Origin: Sphingomicrobium sp.
GTDB taxonomy: Bacteria > Pseudomonadota > Alphaproteobacteria > Sphingomonadales > Sphingomonadaceae
NCBI GenBank assembly: GCA_039925985.1
Contig: JBDSXT010000002.1
Span: 2,945 to 66,944, forward strand
Length of the DNA stretch: 64,000 nt
Direction of reading: 5' to 3'
Of the stretch, positions 30,401-39,170 are shown piece by piece. Within the stretch, counting starts at the first letter, position 1. Each line of letters starts with the position of its first letter. The translations under genes were made by a program, and so were the position numbers. Under the pieces are notes generated by a model, which had not been told where the DNA came from, did no database searches, and saw nothing but the letters and a program-made list of their open reading frames with translations.

Positions 30401-30920
30401 GATGGCCGGGCTGGTCGAGGAGGCGCGGTGGCGCACGTCCGCCCGCGGCCGCCGCTACATGATGGCAACGCTAAGCGACTCATCCGGCCAGTATTTCGTC
30501 ACCGCCTTCGACGACGAGCCATGCGCGGCACTCGAAGCGGCGATGAAGTCCGGCGGTTGCGGGCTGATCACCGTCGAACTCGACCGGCGGCCCGGCGACG
30601 ATGTTCCGCGAGTCACCGTCAAGCGCTTCCAGCCGTTCGACGCGCTCGCCAAACGCACCCGCCTCGAAATGATCGTCCGCGTACCCGACACCGACACCGA
30701 CACCGTCCACCGCATCGCCCGCGAGCTGACTGGCGCTCGTGGCGGCACCGGCGCAATCCGCTTCATCGTCGGTTTGGCGACCGGCGCCGAGGCCACCATC
30801 CTGCTCGGCCGCGACTATCTCCTCGACGCTGAACTCGCCGCCCGCATCGAGCGCATCACCGGCGAAGGCAGCGTCGACCTCGCGGTCCAGCAACCGCCCA
30901 AGCTCGCGCTGGTCGGCTAG
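27471..30920 (+). CDS. dnaE: DNA polymerase III alpha subunit
   Basis: PGRGSGAGS, FERFLNPER, MPDFDIDF, KFDFLGL, YGFNKSHA. Confidence 0.97.
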   Translation: MTAPYIPLRNLSCFTMLEGAMEPKTIAERAAKLGFPAIALADRNGLYAAMPFSDACFAKGVQPIVGAMLAVARPAEIGGGGLDWLVLLAKDEAGYANLCKLVSQAHLDRPLAEEPHVAMSALAGASDGLIALTAGSEGAPARLIADGQNAKARLYFDRLQTLFPDRLYIELSRRGDAVEEAAESTLVELAYERGLPLVATNPAAYTDPSFHAAHDAMLCIAHSAYLESADRVTSSPDAWLKDGAAMNVLFADLPEAIANSSVIAQRCAIAAPQRPPILPRLSDDEDETLRRDAHAGLAERMRGRADELKQYRERLDFELEVITGMGFAGYFLIVADFIKWAKGEGIPVGPGRGSGAGSVTAWALTITDLDPIALNLLFERFLNPERVSMPDFDIDFCETHRDEVIAYVQGKYGRDRVAQIITFGRLKARAVLKDTARVLQMSYGQVDRLAKLIPSHPTDPWDLKRALNGVTELAAEYRDDADVRRLFDLAMKLEGLPRHASTHAAGVVIGDRRLDELVPLYRDPRSDMPVTQFDMKYVEAAGLVKFDFLGLKTLSVLKQAQQMLAGQGVNVDLDALPWDDEQVYELLQRGDTVGVFQLESEGMRRTLSAVRPTAFGDIIALVALYRPGPMDNIGMFGDRKNGRVALATPHPLLEELLRETYGIFVYQEQVMEAAKVLAGFTLGEADLLRRAMGKKIQSEMDAQRAGFVAGCERVNGIPPPKANELFDLIDKFAGYGFNKSHAAGYALIAYQTAWLKTHHRAEFYAASMSFDMTQTDKLALFVEDMHRGGVDCLPPDINASRADFAVEGEAVRYALGALKGVGEKAMEALVAEREAHGPYPTLEDFAARIDPRLLNKRQIESLVGAGAFDSLVDDRPALYAAAETLLAHAVSAADERTSGQAALFGGEANAGVAPIRLPRDASWTLAQRMAAEHDAFGFYFSAHPVDSQKHLLAAHGVKTFAELASIPVSAEGRAGAMMAGLVEEARWRTSARGRRYMMATLSDSSGQYFVTAFDDEPCAALEAAMKSGGCGLITVELDRRPGDDVPRVTVKRFQPFDALAKRTRLEMIVRVPDTDTDTVHRIARELTGARGGTGAIRFIVGLATGAEATILLGRDYLLDAELAARIERITGEGSVDLAVQQPPKLALVG

Positions 30921-30923
30921 CCG

Positions 30924-31895
30924 TCAGAAATAGTTGGCGGGCGGCTGATCTGCTGCTGGGGGCTCGGTCGCTACAGGCATGGGTGCTGCTTCGTTAGCCG
31001 CGTTCACCACCGGCTGCAGTGGCTGATCAGAGGCCACTGGCAACTCCGCCACGACATTCTCGAGCGGCGGCAGCGGCTTGGCGCTTTCATATTCCTCGCC
31101 CGGCAGCTTGGCGGGCGCCCTGCTCGGCGGCGGCGTCTTGTTCACCGGCGCCGTAGTGCCTTCATAGACGCAGGCGTCGAGGCCCTGCCGCCCGACCACC
31201 CCGATCCGCGCCGCGATCGTTCCGCCATAGCGCCGCGTAAAGCCCTTGGGCGCGACCGCCCCGCGCTTCTTGGGCAGCGGCAGAACGGCCGCGATCCGCG
31301 CCGCCTCGATGGCGCTCATGGCGCTTGCATCATGGCCGAAATAGCGCTGCGAGCCGGCGTTGACGCCATAGGTGCCAAGCCCCGTCTCGGCGAGGTTGAG
31401 ATAGACCTCCATGATCCTTTGCTTGGGCCACAGCGCCTCTTCGAGCAAAGTGAACCACGCCTCGAGCCCCTTGCGGCCATAGCCGCCGCCTTGCCACAGG
31501 AAGGCGTTCTTGGCGGTCTGCTGGCTGATCGTCGAGCCGCCGCGGATCCGCCCGCCCGAAGCATTGCGCTGCATCGCATCTTCGATCGCCTCGTAATCGA
31601 ACCCGTCGTGGCTGCAGAATTTGCTGTCCTCGCCGGCGATCGCCGCCCGCACCATGTCGCGGTCGATCTCGCCGATCGGCATCCAGTCGCGCGACGCCCC
31701 GCGCCCGGCAAGCACGTCGCCGAGCATGGTCGCGGTGATCGGCGGATTGATGAAGCGATAGGCCAGCACCCACAGCACCGAGCCTAGCAGAAAGATCAGG
31801 ATGAGCTTGAAGACTAGGCCGAACAATCGCCCCGCGACCGACCGCTGCCGCCGGCGCTTGTAACGCGGAATTGTCGAGGTCGGTCGCTTGGCCAT
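30924..31895 (-). CDS. mtgA: Monofunctional peptidoglycan transglycosylase
   Basis: EDSKFCSHDGFD, GGSTISQQTAKN, RKGLE, EVYLN. Confidence 0.93.
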   Translation of the reverse strand: MAKRPTSTIPRYKRRRQRSVAGRLFGLVFKLILIFLLGSVLWVLAYRFINPPITATMLGDVLAGRGASRDWMPIGEIDRDMVRAAIAGEDSKFCSHDGFDYEAIEDAMQRNASGGRIRGGSTISQQTAKNAFLWQGGGYGRKGLEAWFTLLEEALWPKQRIMEVYLNLAETGLGTYGVNAGSQRYFGHDASAMSAIEAARIAAVLPLPKKRGAVAPKGFTRRYGGTIAARIGVVGRQGLDACVYEGTTAPVNKTPPPSRAPAKLPGEEYESAKPLPPLENVVAELPVASDQPLQPVVNAANEAAPMPVATEPPAADQPPANYF

Positions 31896-31951
31896 GGGCG
31901 GCGACTAGCGGCCGCCTCGCGGTCCGTCGAGACGTTCCCTGAAAGAAGAAT

Positions 31952-33046
31952 TTAGATGGCGAACGCCACTCGGAAGCACGCACCTCGTCCGTTCGGATTG
32001 GCCATCACCTCGACCGCTCCGCCCAGCTGTTTGGCCAGGACGCGCACCACCTTCATTCCCAGGCCCTCGGAATTGGACACGTCGAAGTCGTCGGGAACGC
32101 CGGGTCCCTGATCGCAGACGCTCAGTTCGCGGCGGTCGCCCTCGGCCTTGTAGATGACGTCGATTTTGCCAGCGCCATGCTTGGCCGCGTTCGTCACCAG
32201 CTCGTTGGTCAACAGGCCGATCGGCTGGATGAGCGTCGTCGGGACCGTCCCTTCGTCGCCGCTGACCTCGACCGCGACACCGCAGATATCCGATAGGTCG
32301 CCGCACAAGCGGGCGAGAAAGGAAATGCAGGAGGCCTCGGCCGTGTCGCTGGAATAGAAGTTGCGGTGGACCCGGGCGACGGCGGCGACGCGCGTTGCCG
32401 CTTCCTTCAGGCGCTCTGAAGCGTCGCCAACGCCAGCTGCTCCGCCGCTTTGCATGGTCAGCAGTCCCGACACGAACTGCAGGCTGTTCATGACGCGATG
32501 ATCGATCTCGCGGGCCATGAGCTCGGCGTGGGCGATGGCCGTCCGGGCGGCCAGACGGAGCTCGAGCTGATCGACGACCAGGGACGCCAGATCCTGGAGA
32601 TCGTCGATCTGGTCTTGGGCGACCGGGCGCGGCTCCTTGTCGATCACGCACAAGGTGCCGAGGTTGAAACCGTCCGAAGTCTGCAACGGAACACCGGCAT
32701 AGAAACGTAGCCCGAAGTCGCCCGCAACCAACGGGTTGGTCAGCGAGCGCGGGTCGGTACTGGCATCGACCAGGATATGCGCCTCGTTCGACAGGATCGC
32801 CGAAGCACACAGTCCGGGATCGCGGCCGATCTCGTCAACGTCGAGACCGTGGTGCGATTTGAACCAGATCCGATCGGTATCGACGATGCTGATGATCGAG
32901 ATCGGCGCACCGAATCGCCGGGCCGCCATCGCCGTTACTCGGTCGAAGCTTCCGTCCGGCGGCGTGTCGAGGATTTCATAGCGCCGCACGGCGGCCATGC
33001 GCTCGGCTTCATTCTCGGGAATAATCCCGTGGTCCAGCGCATTCAT
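31952..33046 (-). CDS. GAF-domain HisKA_2/HWE-type histidine kinase (orphan)
   Basis: GAF domain (LRFYAGVPL, GTLCVID), REIDHRVMNSLQ, NELVTNAAKH, DQGPG, GLG. Confidence 0.88.
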   Translation of the reverse strand: MNALDHGIIPENEAERMAAVRRYEILDTPPDGSFDRVTAMAARRFGAPISIISIVDTDRIWFKSHHGLDVDEIGRDPGLCASAILSNEAHILVDASTDPRSLTNPLVAGDFGLRFYAGVPLQTSDGFNLGTLCVIDKEPRPVAQDQIDDLQDLASLVVDQLELRLAARTAIAHAELMAREIDHRVMNSLQFVSGLLTMQSGGAAGVGDASERLKEAATRVAAVARVHRNFYSSDTAEASCISFLARLCGDLSDICGVAVEVSGDEGTVPTTLIQPIGLLTNELVTNAAKHGAGKIDVIYKAEGDRRELSVCDQGPGVPDDFDVSNSEGLGMKVVRVLAKQLGGAVEVMANPNGRGACFRVAFAI

Positions 33047-33137
33047 GATCGGTCCCTTGGCGGCAAAAACGGATCAACCTGTCGTCTAATAAACGACTGC
33101 GCAACATTTACCGGCTTTGCAACCTAGTGAACAAGAC

Positions 33138-33614
33138 TCACTGAGCAGCCGCGGCCGCGGGCTGGGGCGGCACCGAGACATGCTCGTTGACGATCTTCCA
33201 GCTGCCGTCCTTCTGGCGCTGGAAGACATCGGTGAAGCGCGCGCTAACGGTCGGCCGCGCAGCGCCGGCGGCGACGGTGAACGTCTCGACGCCCGAACTG
33301 ATGAACGCGTCCCCGCCAAGCAATTGCACCTGGCGACCGACGACCTTGTAGTCGGCCGGCTGCATGCTGACGAAGGTTTGCGCCCATCCCGACTGCACCT
33401 GGCGGTCGACGCTCGGGTCGGGCGAACCGGCGTCGATCATCACCGCATTGTTCGCATATTGCGCCATCACCGCCTTGACATCGCCCTTGGTGAAGCTCGC
33501 CTCGGCCCGCTCGGCGATCTGATTCGCCTCGGCCATGGTCACCGGCGCCGCGCCGCTCGGCGCCTTGGCGCAAGCCGCCAGGGCCAGCGGGAAAAGCAAA
33601 ATGGATCGTCGCAT
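33138..33614 (-). CDS. NTF2-like (DUF4440/YybH-type) lipoprotein
   Basis: Lipobox LALAAC; FTDVFQRQKDGSWKIVNEHVS. Confidence 0.8.
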   Translation of the reverse strand: MRRSILLFPLALAACAKAPSGAAPVTMAEANQIAERAEASFTKGDVKAVMAQYANNAVMIDAGSPDPSVDRQVQSGWAQTFVSMQPADYKVVGRQVQLLGGDAFISSGVETFTVAAGAARPTVSARFTDVFQRQKDGSWKIVNEHVSVPPQPAAAAAQ

Positions 33615-33674
33615 GGGCTGCCTCCGTTGTGTCCATAACTCCGCACGGCTTCGAAATGTCCACAAAGCTAGAGG

Positions 33675-33736
33675 ATGACGAACTGTGCCGCGAGACGCAC
33701 CCTTCGTCATGCACGTTCGTTGGCGTGCATGTTTTT
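33675..33736 (+). promoter_or_regulatory. Overlapping hairpins / terminator in the SET gene leader
   Basis: ATGACGAA/TTCGTCAT stem overlaps CATGCACG/CGTGCATG stem, which is followed by TTTTT. Confidence 0.45.
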
Positions 33737-33759
33737 CTCGGGCGGCAAGGAGTTCGCAG

Positions 33760-34212
33760 ATGTTGATGGTCGAGACCGAATTGAGGCCAAGCAGCATCCA
33801 CGGCCTGGGCGTCTACCTGACCGAGTCCGTCCGCAGTGGCCAACTGATCTGGCGCTTCGACAGCCGCATCGACCGAGTTTTTTCGAACGCCGAGTTGACT
33901 GAAATGCCCGAGCGCTTCCAGGCGTTCCTCAGGACTTATTCGACCTTTCACCACGGCCTCGGACTGTGGGTGCTGTGCGGCGACAACGGCCGCCACTTCA
34001 ATCATTCGGACAGCCCCAATACGCGCTCCTTGGGCATTGCCTTCGGCGACGATGTCGCGGCCGCCGACTTGCCTGCCGGCACCGAGCTGACCAGCGACTA
34101 TCGCACGATTTGCGACGCCATGCGGCTGGGCGGCATGGATTTCAGCCAGCCCCAAGCGGCAAGCTTCCTGAGATCGCCCGAAATCAGTTTGTCGCCAATG
34201 TCCAGCCGGTAG
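33760..34212 (+). CDS. SET-domain protein (putative lysine methyltransferase)
   Basis: SSIHGLGV, RHFNHSDSPN, GTELTSDY; SD AAGGAG. Confidence 0.88.
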   Translation: MLMVETELRPSSIHGLGVYLTESVRSGQLIWRFDSRIDRVFSNAELTEMPERFQAFLRTYSTFHHGLGLWVLCGDNGRHFNHSDSPNTRSLGIAFGDDVAAADLPAGTELTSDYRTICDAMRLGGMDFSQPQAASFLRSPEISLSPMSSR

Positions 34213-35402
34213 CGCAGGTTCGGCGCCCGGACTTGGCTGGCGTGGCCATAGGCGGCCGCTTTTGCCTCCGCCACTGTCGAGCCCGTGCCCGTGACCACCG
34301 CCGTCCAGCCGTAAAGCCCGCTCGTCACCATCTGCGAGCCGTCGCTGCCGACTTCGCCGAAATGCAAATGCTCGGGCGGGACTTTGCCGATTAGCAGCGG
34401 CAAGCCGATCGCGGCATCCACTTCGTGACGTGAGTAGGGAAACGGGGGAGTGGTCAGGACGACGCAGACGCAAAAGCCCGGACGCACTGCGAAGCTGCTC
34501 GCATCGCGGCGGATCATGGCGCCAAACAGCTCACCCCAACCCAAAGACTGCAGCGGTTCGAGGGCCGCGAACCCCGGATAGCCGAAGCGGCAGGTCAGCT
34601 CGAGCGGCCACACCCCCTCGGCATTGATGATCGTGTTCAAATTGACCCAGCCGACATGCCCCGCCCCGCGGAGCAGCGGCTCGAGCGGCGCCAGCGTCGC
34701 CGCAAACAAGGCGTCGGATCCTTCGAACGTGGCGACCGTCCCCATTTCTCCGGTCAGCTCGCCCATGTCCCCGGCGAAGAACCGCTTGTGCTCCCAGTCG
34801 AGGCAGGCGGGGGTGAGGAACTTGTCGCCATCGAAATAGGCGCCAATGCCGGTTTCGACGCCGTCGACGGCGTCCATCAGGATGAACGGCTGGCCGGCAT
34901 CGGGTTGCGCTTGAATCACGGCAGCGACATCGCGCCCGTCGGCAAAGGCCCCGACGTACGTGCTGCCGGCCGAAGCGCTATATTTGAATACGCAGCGCCG
35001 CGGGTTCGCCGCCAGGTCGGCCAACGCGTCTTCCACCCGCGTAAACTCCGCCACTGGGGCAACCCGGAGTCCATGCCCGCCGAGTAATTGCAGTGCATAA
35101 GCCCGGTCGTTCTCCAGCCGGTCGCCCAGGGCGCTGCCGCCGATGACGTTGAACCCCTGCTGACGAAGCTCGTCCTGGGTGGCGCCGAAACCCACCGCCT
35201 CGAACAGGATCAGCCCGTCGCCGCCTGCTTCACGCACCCAGTCGAGTTCGCCGCGCCAGTCGGCCGTCCGCGCGACGAGCCCCGCCATCGTGCCGGCTGC
35301 CAGCGGCTCGCTGACGCTGACCCGGACGTCGTGCCCATCGCCCGCCAGGCGCAGGTACATCGACCCGAGGTCGCAGGTCTCGGTGATTCCGAGGATGTGC
35401 AT
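34098..35402 (-). CDS. Divergent PurD (GAR synthetase)-like ATP-grasp ligase
   Basis: EHKRFFAGDMGELTGEMG, LELTCRFGYP, YRLDIG resemble PurD motifs with substitutions. Confidence 0.8.
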   Translation of the reverse strand: MHILGITETCDLGSMYLRLAGDGHDVRVSVSEPLAAGTMAGLVARTADWRGELDWVREAGGDGLILFEAVGFGATQDELRQQGFNVIGGSALGDRLENDRAYALQLLGGHGLRVAPVAEFTRVEDALADLAANPRRCVFKYSASAGSTYVGAFADGRDVAAVIQAQPDAGQPFILMDAVDGVETGIGAYFDGDKFLTPACLDWEHKRFFAGDMGELTGEMGTVATFEGSDALFAATLAPLEPLLRGAGHVGWVNLNTIINAEGVWPLELTCRFGYPGFAALEPLQSLGWGELFGAMIRRDASSFAVRPGFCVCVVLTTPPFPYSRHEVDAAIGLPLLIGKVPPEHLHFGEVGSDGSQMVTSGLYGWTAVVTGTGSTVAEAKAAAYGHASQVRAPNLRYRLDIGDKLISGDLRKLAAWGWLKSMPPSRMASQIVR

Positions 35403-35449
35403 CCGCCGCCGCTAGCCCGCCGACACGCCCCTGCACAGGCGCTTTGTCC

Positions 35450-35869
35450 TCAATGCTCGGTTTCGTCCTCGGTCGGATATTGCGCATTTACGATGCCCCA
35501 CACCGCGCCGAGCGCGAACCCGGCCCAGGCCAGCATCGCATAGGCCGAGTTGAAGCCCGTCAGGGCGACAGTGAGCAAACCGAAAAAGCCGAGCAAATAT
35601 GAGCCGGGCGGCGTCCCCTTGCCGGCGAGTTCGTAAGCGACCCAGCCTTTCTCGTCGGCCGAGCCTTCTTCGCCCAGCGCCTCGAACGGACGCCGCCGCT
35701 TCTTCCCGGCCAACAACAACACCGCCAGCCCGGCGACGACGATCGCGGCCCCTCTGGCAAGCCATTCGGGAGCGCTTATCCACGACGCAACAAGCGCGGC
35801 GCACAAGGTGACGATGACAATTCCGGGCGCCCGCTCCGACAGCCCATTCAAGATCCCGCCCGCGCGCAC
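35450..35869 (-). CDS. Hypothetical 4-TM membrane protein
   Basis: Four hydrophobic segments; co-oriented just upstream of the PurD-like gene. Confidence 0.55.
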   Translation of the reverse strand: MRAGGILNGLSERAPGIVIVTLCAALVASWISAPEWLARGAAIVVAGLAVLLLAGKKRRRPFEALGEEGSADEKGWVAYELAGKGTPPGSYLLGFFGLLTVALTGFNSAYAMLAWAGFALGAVWGIVNAQYPTEDETEH

Positions 35870-35984
35870 CTGCGGTCTATCGCCGCCGCCGCCCGCGTCC
35901 GCAATGGGTGGAAAGGCGCCAGGCTTTTGCCGGACCCCTCAAGTCGCTGCAAAAGCCGTCCGCGCTAGGCGAGCTTCGGACTCA

Positions 35985-37172
35985 TCATTTAACCCCGATT
36001 GAGTCAGGATTGCCGTCCGGATCGCGCTTCACCAGTCCCCCGCTTCTTGCGCTGCCTTGGAGAAGCAATAGCCCGGCGAGGTGGGGGGCAGCCATCGAAG
36101 TACCCGACAGCGTTGCATAGCCGCCGTTCTTGTAGGTCGACGGGACGTTCACGCCGGGCTCTGACCAGTCGATTGCCGTTCCATAGTTGGAGAAGCTCGC
36201 CCACGTGTCGCGCGATCCAAATGCCGACACGGTAAAGACGTTCGTCGCATTCGTTCGCCCTGGGCTGTAGTTGCTCGCGTTTGCACTATTATTGCCGGCG
36301 GCAATCACGACGAAGACACCCTTGGCGCCAAGATTGGCAACGGCTTGGTCCATAATGTCACTGACCGCGTCGGCAATGAGGCTCAAATTCGCCACATCGC
36401 CTGCCGATGCATGCGTGGAAACATAGTCTAACGCAGCGACAACGCCCGAATCCGGACCTGTGCCGGTGCCGTCAAGTACCCGAATTGGAACCACCTGAGC
36501 GCCGGCCGCGACGCCTACCACGCCGATTGCGTTGTCCTTCGCGGCGATGATTCCAGCTACGTGCGTACCATGCCCGTACGTGTCGTTGAGGCTGGAGTCG
36601 CCGGAGAGAAGACTGGCTCCGTCGGCAACATCAACGTTGAGATCGGGATGAGTGAGGTCGATTCCGCTGTCGATAATCCAAGCTCTCCGGGCCAAGCTGC
36701 TCGCATCGGCTGGCCCGCCAATCCGGCTGACTCCCCAGGGCAGGGTCTGTCCCCCGAAACCAATCGGCTTGCCCGCCGCTACCGCAGCGGCTCGAGTGAT
36801 GCCGTCGTGCTCGCACGCGCTGACATTCGGGTTGTGGGACCTGAGCCTCGCGGTGACGCTGCCCCTTCCGGGATCCGCCGGGAGCCTGACCGCAAAACCC
36901 TTCACGACCGACGAATAGGTGTGAAGAATCACGCCGAGCTCCGGACCTACGGCGCTTGCAGCTTCCTGTTTGACCGACCTTCCCGGCACGCTTGAGACGA
37001 AGGTGCAAATATATTGATTCGCGTTTCGAATAGGCGTCGCACGAGATTCGGCGCTCGCATTCGCCACCACCTGAGCGCGTGAGACACTGGGGGCGCACAG
37101 GATTGCCAATGGCAACGTAAGTTGAAGATGCCGGCACATGGTGCGGGCGAGCGTGGCACGACGGTTCATCAT
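35985..37172 (-). CDS. Secreted subtilisin-family (S8) serine protease with propeptide
   Basis: Catalytic triad IIDSGID, HGTHVAG, GTSMAAP; signal peptide. Confidence 0.92.
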   Translation of the reverse strand: MMNRRATLARTMCRHLQLTLPLAILCAPSVSRAQVVANASAESRATPIRNANQYICTFVSSVPGRSVKQEAASAVGPELGVILHTYSSVVKGFAVRLPADPGRGSVTARLRSHNPNVSACEHDGITRAAAVAAGKPIGFGGQTLPWGVSRIGGPADASSLARRAWIIDSGIDLTHPDLNVDVADGASLLSGDSSLNDTYGHGTHVAGIIAAKDNAIGVVGVAAGAQVVPIRVLDGTGTGPDSGVVAALDYVSTHASAGDVANLSLIADAVSDIMDQAVANLGAKGVFVVIAAGNNSANASNYSPGRTNATNVFTVSAFGSRDTWASFSNYGTAIDWSEPGVNVPSTYKNGGYATLSGTSMAAPHLAGLLLLQGSARSGGLVKRDPDGNPDSIGVK

Positions 37173-37437
37173 GGCCCCCCTGATGGTGCGATCACCGCGA
37201 AGCGCGCGAAAAGTCATCGCCGCGGGCGATCACAAAACGACTCGTTGGGTCGTCATCCCGTTTATATTCTATTTTCCTGCCGCTGTTAATCGCATCGGCC
37301 CCAGCCTTCGTGATATTGCTGCACGATCAAATGCAAGCTTCACCAGCGAGTGCTGGCGAATTATCTAGGTTAGGGAGATTTGTCGCGAGCGGGGGCGTCC
37401 GCACTCGCCATTTGACCCGACATGTCCAACCATGGCG

Positions 37438-37800
37438 CTATGATTGCGTGGCGAGCGATCCGGGCTGCCAGAAGGCAACGACCAAACCGCCGGCGATGAT
37501 CAGCACTCCCCCGGCCAGCGTCGGCAGCGACGGCACCGTCCGGAAGGTCACGAAACTGACCAGCTGCCACATCACGAACAAGGTCGCGATATAGATGCCG
37601 ACGACTTTCTCGAACTCGATCGGCGCCGTGTTGAGCGCCAGGCCATAGCCGAACAGCAGGACCGCGCCGCCGGCGAAATAGCCCAGCCGATTGGCGACAA
37701 CGCCTTGCCCAAGCCCCATCCGGACGACCGCGTCCCCGAACACCTCGAGCGCGGTTGCTAGAATCAGAAAACCGAAAATCGCCAGCTTCGGAAATCCCAT
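37438..37800 (-). CDS. Small 4-TM DMT/SMR-like membrane protein
   Basis: 120 aa, four TM helices, membrane-embedded Glu (ALEVFGD); SD AAGGAG. Confidence 0.7.
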   Translation of the reverse strand: MGFPKLAIFGFLILATALEVFGDAVVRMGLGQGVVANRLGYFAGGAVLLFGYGLALNTAPIEFEKVVGIYIATLFVMWQLVSFVTFRTVPSLPTLAGGVLIIAGGLVVAFWQPGSLATQS

Positions 37801-37827
37801 GCGCCATCTCCTTCGTTGCCACCAATC

Positions 37828-38082
37828 TCAGCGATGCGGGCATCCGGGCCAACAGCAAGGTCGGCGCTTCCCGTCCCGCAGGTTCTCGCATCCCCATTCG
37901 ATCCGCTTGCGCCGCGTCTCCAGCTTCTTCGCCGACTCGATCCAGCAGATCCATTCGTTGCGGGCCAGCGGGGTGATATCCGCCCACGTCGCCAGCGCTT
38001 CCGGAGCAAGTTTCAGCGCGCCTTCCAGGTCGCCCGGAAGATCATGAACGACGCCGCCGGCTATGGCTTTCACTTCAGTCAT
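37828..38082 (-). CDS. YdeI/OmpD-associated family protein
   Basis: ITPLARNEWICWIESAKKLETRRKRI...RRPCCWPGCPHR. Confidence 0.8.
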   Translation of the reverse strand: MTEVKAIAGGVVHDLPGDLEGALKLAPEALATWADITPLARNEWICWIESAKKLETRRKRIEWGCENLRDGKRRPCCWPGCPHR

Positions 38083-38139
38083 TGGCGGCGCTCAACCTCA
38101 TCTCGCGGGCGTGGGCTTGGGATAGGACAAGTGGCGCGA

Positions 38140-39153
38140 CTAGAAAATCCTGGTCAGTGCGAAAAACAGCGCCGCGACCGCCGCCGAGCAAGGAATGGTG
38201 ATCAGCCACGCGAACACCACGCTCCTGGCGACGCCCCACCGGACTGCCGAGGCGCGCCGGGCGACGCCGGCGCCGATGATCGCCCCGGTGATGGTATGCG
38301 TGGTCGATACCGGGATCCCCGCCCAGCTCGCGCCGAACAGCATGATCGATCCCCCGGTCGACGCTGCAAAGCCTTGATGCTGCGACAATTTGGTGATCCG
38401 GCTGCCCATCGTTTCGATGATTTTCCAGCCGCCCATCAGGGTCCCGAGCCCGATCGCAATATAACAGCTGATCGCGACCCAGTGGGGGACGTGAAAGTCG
38501 CCCGACAAATAGCCGGTCGAATAGAGCAGCACGGTGATGATCCCCATCGTCTTCTGGGCGTCGTTCAAGCCGTGGCCAAGCGAATAGCCGGCCGAGGAGA
38601 CCAGGTGCAGCGAGCGGAACAGCCGGTCCGCCCCGCGCGCGCTCGCCCGGCGGGCAAGCCAGCTAGAGACGAGCATCACCAGCAGCGCCACCGCCATCCC
38701 GATGAGCGGCGCGAGCGGGATGAATAGCAGGGTCTTGGTCAAGCCGCTCCACTGGATCGTGCCGAAACCCGCGGCCGCGACGCCGGCCCCGACGATACCG
38801 CCGACGAGCGCATGGCTCGACGACGACGGAATGCCCTTGAGCCACGTGACGACGTTCCAGAACATGGCGCCGACCAGCGCCGCGAAGACGACCGCCGGCG
38901 ACACCATGTCCTTGTCGATCAAGCCCTTGCCGATCGTGTCCGCGACCTTGTGCAAGCCGGGGAACCAAATGATCAGGAAATAAGCCGCGAAGTTGAAGAA
39001 GGCGGCGAAGGCCACCGCCTGGACCGGGCGCAACAGCTGGGTTGAAACCACGGTTGCGATCGAATTGGCCGCATCGTGCAGGCCGTTCAGGAAATCGAAC
39101 GCCAGCGCCAGGATAACCAGCCCGACCAGCAAAGGAAACGCAAGCTCGTGCAT
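38140..39153 (-). CDS. pit: Inorganic phosphate transporter (PiT family)
   Basis: NGLHDAANSIAT, PSSSSHA, GHGLNDAQKTMG, PVSTTH. Confidence 0.95.
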   Translation of the reverse strand: MHELAFPLLVGLVILALAFDFLNGLHDAANSIATVVSTQLLRPVQAVAFAAFFNFAAYFLIIWFPGLHKVADTIGKGLIDKDMVSPAVVFAALVGAMFWNVVTWLKGIPSSSSHALVGGIVGAGVAAAGFGTIQWSGLTKTLLFIPLAPLIGMAVALLVMLVSSWLARRASARGADRLFRSLHLVSSAGYSLGHGLNDAQKTMGIITVLLYSTGYLSGDFHVPHWVAISCYIAIGLGTLMGGWKIIETMGSRITKLSQHQGFAASTGGSIMLFGASWAGIPVSTTHTITGAIIGAGVARRASAVRWGVARSVVFAWLITIPCSAAVAALFFALTRIF

Positions 39154-39170
39154 CGTTGGGCCCTTTCGCT

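Noticed and set aside
30685-30705. (CCGACA)3 microsatellite in dnaE (PDTDTDT)
   Set aside because: In-frame, short, and in a variable C-terminal region; no functional signal.
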